Below the pieces are notes generated by a model that was given only the letters and a program-made list of their open reading frames with translations, was not told the origin of the DNA and made no database searches. A DNA stretch of 64,000 nucleotides, taken from the NCBI GenBank assembly GCA_012295275.1, contig CM022665.1, positions 26,784,001-26,848,000 on the forward strand, written 5' to 3'. Origin of the DNA: Chrysomallon squamiferum. Its lineage: Eukaryota; Animalia; Mollusca. Position numbers and translations under genes: made by a program. Shown here in pieces: positions 26,081-64,000 of the stretch (positions within the stretch are counted from its first letter, which is position 1; the number at the start of each line of letters is the position of its first letter).

Positions 26081-28491
26081 GTAAGAACAGACTTGAACAA
26101 GGCGAGTTGTTATATACATTACGGCAAAGTACGATTACAAGTCATTTCTTTGACACCGTTGCACGAATTCTTAATTTTTATTATTATGATCGTGTATGTG
26201 ATGACCATGTTAATTTAAGAAAAATATTAAAGAAACTAGGACTTTTTATTTTTTATTTATTTATTTTTTCAATTTTGGAAAACGAAAACTACTTTTTTCC
26301 GGAGTTAAAATAATACCAAATAAATAAATAAATAAATAAACAATAGTCATCATAGTAATAAAATAATTGATTAGTAGATAAATAATAATACCTATATGAA
26401 CAATATCACTGACAAATTAAACAATTATATATATATTAAATTAGAAATGATACTAAAAGTAAATAATATACAGACCACATTACTTAAAAACTCGCTTTAT
26501 CCAGCATTGATTCTAAGGTTAAATGAAGATACGAGGGCGAATTCTGGATTTCAGAATCCTGCCACAAACATACCAGTTCTAAATGATTGCAGTATATTCA
26601 AGAAAATAATAGATCTACATGTTACACATCTGTCTTAGTTGTGTTCTGTTATGCATTAAAATATACGACGTAACAAAATGGAGCTCTAAATTTTAACCAT
26701 CTACCTTACACATTCTGCATTACATGTTATAATTTCATTCTTCGTTTTAGTCAGATATTTTAAAAATTTACTGAGTAACAGTTTTTTATTAATAAGTAGT
26801 AAAATGTATTAATTGATAACATATGTAAATATCTATATATTACTTGTAAATTTATAACTTGAGATTACAGTGATTAATGGTATTTTTTTAAATATCTTTT
26901 CCACTGTCTCTCCTAGAACAAATCATTATTTGTAGAAAACTGATGTTTAAAAACATATGTTTATTGATATTATTTTTACGTCGCGAGGATAGTGAAACTT
27001 TAATTTTGAAGTAGTCACAAAACCCATATTTTTAAATAAAAATGAATTAATCAAAACAAAATATATACATAGAAAAAAGCAACAAAAAAATACCAAACAA
27101 GAATGTAAAAAAAATTAAATTTATAAAATGTTTTAAAATAAAGAAATAAAAGCAGTTAATAATAATAATATAAAAATAAAACTCATACCAAAAAAACAAC
27201 AACAACCCAAAACATAAAGAAATTAATAATGATAATAATAGAAGATGATTAAAACTAACTATTAAAGCGAATAAAATATTTCTGCTTGGGTTAAACAATT
27301 ACCGAGTAAGCTATATATATATATATATATATTTTTTTTTTCTTCTCAAAAGCCTAATGGTTCTAAAGTAACATTATACTACACAATGACTTATGAGGAC
27401 AATAATTATTGTAGATTTCTTTTTTTCATTCGACAACTAATACGCTTATAAATAAACCTTTTCATAAAATGATTTATATAATCAGAGAGCTTCGAATCGC
27501 GTTTTCTTTTGAATTACTGGATTACCTTAATGACCACATTTTCATAGAAGCGCGTTTCTTCCATGCGAATCTGAATAGAAAGAAATGAACTCGCAAGCTA
27601 CTGGTGCCAAGAGAGAACGCACTGTGATTTTTCAGTGTTCATAGCTAATCAACGATCCCGAACAAACGTGGATTATATTTTAAGTGCTGATATTCGGAGA
27701 TGGGAAGTAGGTGAATTGTAATTATGTTTTTGATGACTCCAAGCACGTTTACCAGTGGGATTGATTGCAGTTGTTCGGGTAATTATGTGTTTTATTCATT
27801 TAACGGAATACTATTTGGTTCTGTTCCAAATATTTATTTAATAACTGAAAAAAAAAAGAAGAAGAAAAAACACACCCACAAAACAAACAAGAAAGAAAGA
27901 AAAAAATTTAAAAATGAAAAAAAAAAAAAAAAAAAAAAAGTAAGAAAAAAGAATATATTAATAATTATTATTTTCGTTATTGTTTTTACTTTACTAAATG
28001 AATGTACTAAACCAGAATTGTTTTCTTTTTCCTTCTTTGATAAATTTGTATTTGTTTTAAATGTAATGTCATTCTGGTTTATTTCCAAAATTGTAATACA
28101 GTAAAAAAATAAAAAATAAAAAAAATAAATGAACGTCTCTCTCTCTCTCTCAAAAAATATACCTATCTGACTGTCTATAGATATCTCTATCTATCTAATT
28201 TTTATTCAAGCCTAAATTTCAAATATCACACACACACACACACACACACACATATTATTTTAAACCAAAAATACTACAGCTGTAGTTGGCCGCAATACAC
28301 AATTTTTATTTCTTTTCTTTCATCAAAATAAATATGAATAATGAAAAACGATTAAGTTTCCGTAAAAAAAATATATATATTTCCAGTAACAACAAAACAA
28401 TTCGACCACTTAATTACAAAACGAAACTTTACAAATGTTCATCTTTGTTTATGGTTTATGATCTATAGTTGATGCTGATTTGAATCAAACA

Positions 28492-28525
<34 letters not shown>

Positions 28526-29983
28526 AGAACTTTAATTTCATAATATTTATATCTAAAATTTATGAAAAATAATAAGATTGTTCCGCCCACTACATCTGCA
28601 AAGTATAATCAAGAGCGACTTACTTGAAAATTCAGTTCATTGTTACATAGTCTGAAAATAAAACGCTTGTTAGGTAACTCACATAAATAATTATGAAATT
28701 AATATAATTTACAACACAGTATTGGATCAATAATAAATAAAAATAATAACAACGAAGTTCAGTTCATTACAATTTTTGTTCAACTTGTTTTACTTAGAAA
28801 GATATTGTAGTTTTGTACTGAAATTCACTGATCAAACGTTAATACTAGTTTTCAATCCAATCAATATTTGCGATCATATGTAACGCAAATGTTGGCGTAA
28901 GTCGTTTTTTTAATTTATTAATTTATATTTTTAAATTTATTTATTTATTTATTTATTATTATTGTTATTGTATTTTTTTTTTTTTTTACGAATATATGGA
29001 TTGAAGGGAGTTTCGAGTTTATCTATAAATGTATTTAAAACACAATAATAAATAAATAAAATAATTGTAGAAGGTATGAAAGAAATGATTTTCGGTTTAG
29101 ATGATATTAAGGCTAAACAAAATAATTCGACCCAGTTAATTACAAAACTAAACTTTACAGTTCGCAATATTTTACGTTGAATTGAAAAAACAACAGTAAC
29201 TATATATAGATATATATATATATTTTTTTCTTGTTACCATATTCTGTACAGGAACGAAGAAAAATAGAACGAAACTTTCAATTTCTTTATCTCACATGTC
29301 CCCCGAAAGAAAAAAACCTGTACATTTTTGTCACATTCACTACTTAGTAATAAAGCTTTAATAGTGAGGATACTGAATAAAGTGAATAAATGGAGTAATA
29401 TGTAAATAAAAATGAAATTTAAACATAAAATAAAAAACTCAATGAGAGACATACATCTATAAACTCATAATTATGTTACATATATTACGTATTCGTAACT
29501 GTGGATATATTTAAATATCAAATTTTTTGACATTAAAAAATTGTCTAAAAATACTTATTGTAACGTAAAATAATTATTTAAGAGAAAGGAGTTCATAATC
29601 AAAACTGTTAATGCAAGTAATTTGCATCCCAAAAGACTGCAAACTAAAATTCAATATATCTGCGTCATGGCCATTATTTTTTCACTATGTACAGAACTAT
29701 TGCAAAGACATGAAAATCCACGTGTTTGTTATAAGATTTAATTTTTTGTTTATTCTGTCAATCGCTTGTCTTTGGAAGTGAAATTATATCTGGAAAGACT
29801 GGTAATAAAATAGCAGGTAATGTTAAATAATGTCGTTGTTATCGTTTGCGCGAAGAGCCTTAAAAGCGCTTTATAAATCGATAACACTAGAAAGTATACC
29901 GATTATAACCGGACAAATATTATGTTCGGAAATAAGGTTTTCGTAAACAGACGATGAACATTATTTTTTGTAACCACTCAGGT

Positions 29984-60911
<30,928 letters not shown>

Positions 60912-60923
<12 letters not shown>

Positions 60924-61520
60924 AGTTACAACTGTGTGAGATACAGGTTAAGTACTGTGAGAAGGGATTTATATTTTGTGAGATGAAAATGGAATGTTGT
61001 TAAATAGAATGTTAACTTTTTTCGAGATGGAAATTAAATATTTGCTAATGTAATTCTTATTTTTAAAAGAAATAGAATTTATATATTGCGAGAAAAAATT
61101 TAAATATTATATGATGGCAATAAATTGCTTTTGATATGGAATTTTAATACTCTGAAATCATAATTAAAATAATGTTTAAATTTTATTAGTTGAAATTTAA
61201 ATGCTCTGTGAAGTATTATGATATTAATGTATGACTGTTAGAATTTTAATATAGTTAAACAGAATTTAAATATTATTAGGTGGACTTGGTATATTTATTT
61301 GGAATCTAAATAATAATGAATTAAAAAATTAAACATTATGGAGTTTAGGAAAAGTGACACAAAATGTAAATTATGTGAACTGGAATTTAAATTTTATAAT
61401 TTAATACAGTGAGATAGGAAAAACAAACATTAAGTTTGAGATAAATAAGTAAATAAGCAGTATTAAAATAAATAAATATGATTTGAATAAACTGTGGAGA
61501 CAACATTTAAGTGCTATGTA
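60912..61520. repeat. Highly degenerate ~21-bp minisatellite in the 3'UTR
   Basis: Recurring tgtgagatggaatttaaatat-like units. Confidence 0.65.
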
Positions 61521-62327
61521 TATGAACAGAACTGAATATATCATTAAAGATGGCTACATTTCAGTCACAACCTTGTGCCATATAGAAACCATGTTGTCTG
61601 TGTATTTGATGAATTGTCCTTGTATAATTATTATGTTTATTTATTTATTTATTTATTTATTTATTAAGACATGACTTTTCTTTTATATTGTAATAATGTT
61701 TAAAATATGGTAATGTTTTTTGTTATTATTAAAAAATACAAATGTGTACATTAAAGTCTAACTTATTATTCCAGTTTTCTGAAGCATATTGCCAAAAGAA
61801 ATTTAATATAATTTGTCAAAATTATTGTTGTATATTTATTGAATATTACTCTTAGATTTCTTTGAAATATATGTTTTCACCTTTACCAAATTCTTCTATT
61901 TATAAAAATTAGGTCAAATAATGTGGTCATTTTTAAAAAATGTCTTTCTCTCTACAATTAACAATTCTTAAGCAGCAGAAATCACAGGGGTTTTAATGAC
62001 AGTGATTGAGATAAATTTCAAGATAAAAAATTCAAGAAAAAACCCTGTTTTTATCATTATTTAGTTAGAGACATGCATCCCTGCTTGACAACCACAGAAT
62101 ATGTATATTGATAACAATATTTAAAACGTATGAGTTAGATTTTTAAATAACACAATAGTAAAGTGCCTATGTATATTTTTATTTTGTTCCATGTCAGTAT
62201 TAATATTTATGTTTTTAGAGTAAACTGTGATAAACAAAATCTAATATATTATTTACCACCATGTGGAATAAAATTTTAATAATGTAATATACTTAATATA
62301 GATCTCACTTGAGACTTTGTATTGTTC

Positions 62328-62330
<3 letters not shown>

Positions 62331-62398
<68 letters not shown>
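62331..62398. repeat. Compound (CT)n(CA)n microsatellite
   Basis: Read directly from sequence. Confidence 0.95.
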
Positions 62399-62400
<2 letters not shown>

Positions 62401-64000
62401 TACATATATGTCTGTCTTTCTCTAACTCACTCATACCCATCCATACAGGTCAAACAAAAATATCTTCATTTAATGTTCATCTTAAAGTGCACCTTTGGTG
62501 GTATGACCAGGTAACTTAAATACATTTTACATTCCAAATGATTGTTTCATTTGCAGCGTCTGACCATATTTGTCAATAACAAAGTAAGGCAAAAATCAGC
62601 CACCATAATCCATTATTGTTATTTTGTTGTCATTATTTATTATTAACACATTTTTGTTGCCTGTTATTATCCCAGAGAAATGTGGTAATCAGAAACCCTT
62701 AATCACCTGATATATATTCTTACTGAATTAGTAAATTGAGCTGATAATATAGCAAAATATAATTACTATGCAGCCAAAACTATTTTTGTCAGTGACATGT
62801 GTGTTTAAACTTCTATGTACCCCCAAATGTTCTCATTAAATCTGTTTGACGTTTTGTTATTTATGTTTTTTATCTGTGATAATACTGAACAAATTTTATT
62901 TAAAAAAAAAAAAAAAAAAAAGGTCTTTTACAGTATATCTATATTAGATTTCTTGCTTTTGTATATAAATCTTTGTATTTTCTATTATTATATACTTTAT
63001 TAGAATTGTCAACTTCACCATAAATGGGGAAATGCTTTATTTACATATTTTTGCCTTATTTATTAATATATACTGAATGTGTTATTTAAATAACTCCACT
63101 TAATTGTGATATATACATTTTTATAAAATATTATAATTCTGAAATTGTTTTGTTTGTTGTTTCTATAACAAATAGTTAATTATGTTTAATTATAAACAGA
63201 ACAGAATTGTTTTGAAAAACCCATATATAGTTACATTTATTTTATTTTTAAGTTGTCCCATTTTATGCTCATTAATTTATTTGCATCAGAATGGAAGAAG
63301 AAAAGAAAATGAAAAATTGGTCAAATGAGTATACATGAAGTGGTTTTTGAAAAAAAATTATGCTTTGATTAAAATCATTGCAGTTGAGGTTTTATCATGT
63401 GTTACATAATATAGTTACATTTGATGACAAACATTGCATTAAATAGCTGAGGAAGGTAAAAGACAGCAGTGTTTTTTATTCAGTATGAATGTTAACTTCA
63501 TTTATGTAGGAAGTACCAGGAACATTTTCATTAATTTAATGTATAAAAATCATTTTGAACCAAAGGGAAATGAATATGAAAAATTGATCTCAAGTGATAA
63601 TAAAATTTTATAAGAAAACTGTTTTTCCTCAGTTATTTTGAAATTTAAAAAAAAAAAAGAAAAAAGATTTGTAGGTTATAGCTTTTTTGTCTTCCATCCC
63701 CCTTTTGCAATAGTTTTTAAGCTGTTGTTTGCAGGATAGTAATTTTATTAAAACTTGTTGCCTTTTAGTTAAAGGTACTAATAAAAAAAAACTCTCTATA
63801 ATTACTTAAATTTATGTTATTTCCTGAAATTTTAAGCTAATACCATGATCACTATTTTGAGGTGAAGCTGTTATTTTTCTCAGGCTAGTTGTTTAAATTT
63901 GTAGAAAATCTTAAACTTTAAATGAAAATAAATCACAACATTTTGTTGTTGTCAGAGGAATATAACAAAAGACAGTTTTGAATAATGGTGTATGACATAA

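Noticed and set aside
27724-28104. 126-aa Lys-rich ORF and its antisense Phe-rich ORF
   Set aside because: Derived from poly-A tracts.

Overview
AT-rich, intron-rich animal DNA, probably lophotrochozoan or molluscan (inferred from composition and HIF motifs). It holds two + strand spliced genes, which I assembled by hand from splice sites and phase consistency. (1) The 3' part of a hypoxia-inducible factor alpha gene: 13 coding exons at 5513-18192 encoding [35 protein letters not shown], an LxxLL-type SVLLNLLL block and the C-TAD CEVNAP. The bHLH exons lie upstream of the window. A long putative 3'UTR follows, with proximal and distal poly(A) signals and two miR-210-type seed sites between them. 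(2) An apparently complete RGS22/RGSL-family multi-RGS-domain gene: 27 core coding exons at 29984-60923, about 1337 aa. It has a CpG-retaining multi-promoter region with an RFX X-box-like motif, candidate microexons (27, 15, 9 and 27 nt), a GC-AG intron and intronic fold-back structures. Most ORFs in the supplied track are spurious. No rRNA, tRNA, CRISPR or intact transposase was recognised. All alternative-splicing and regulatory calls are unvalidated predictions.
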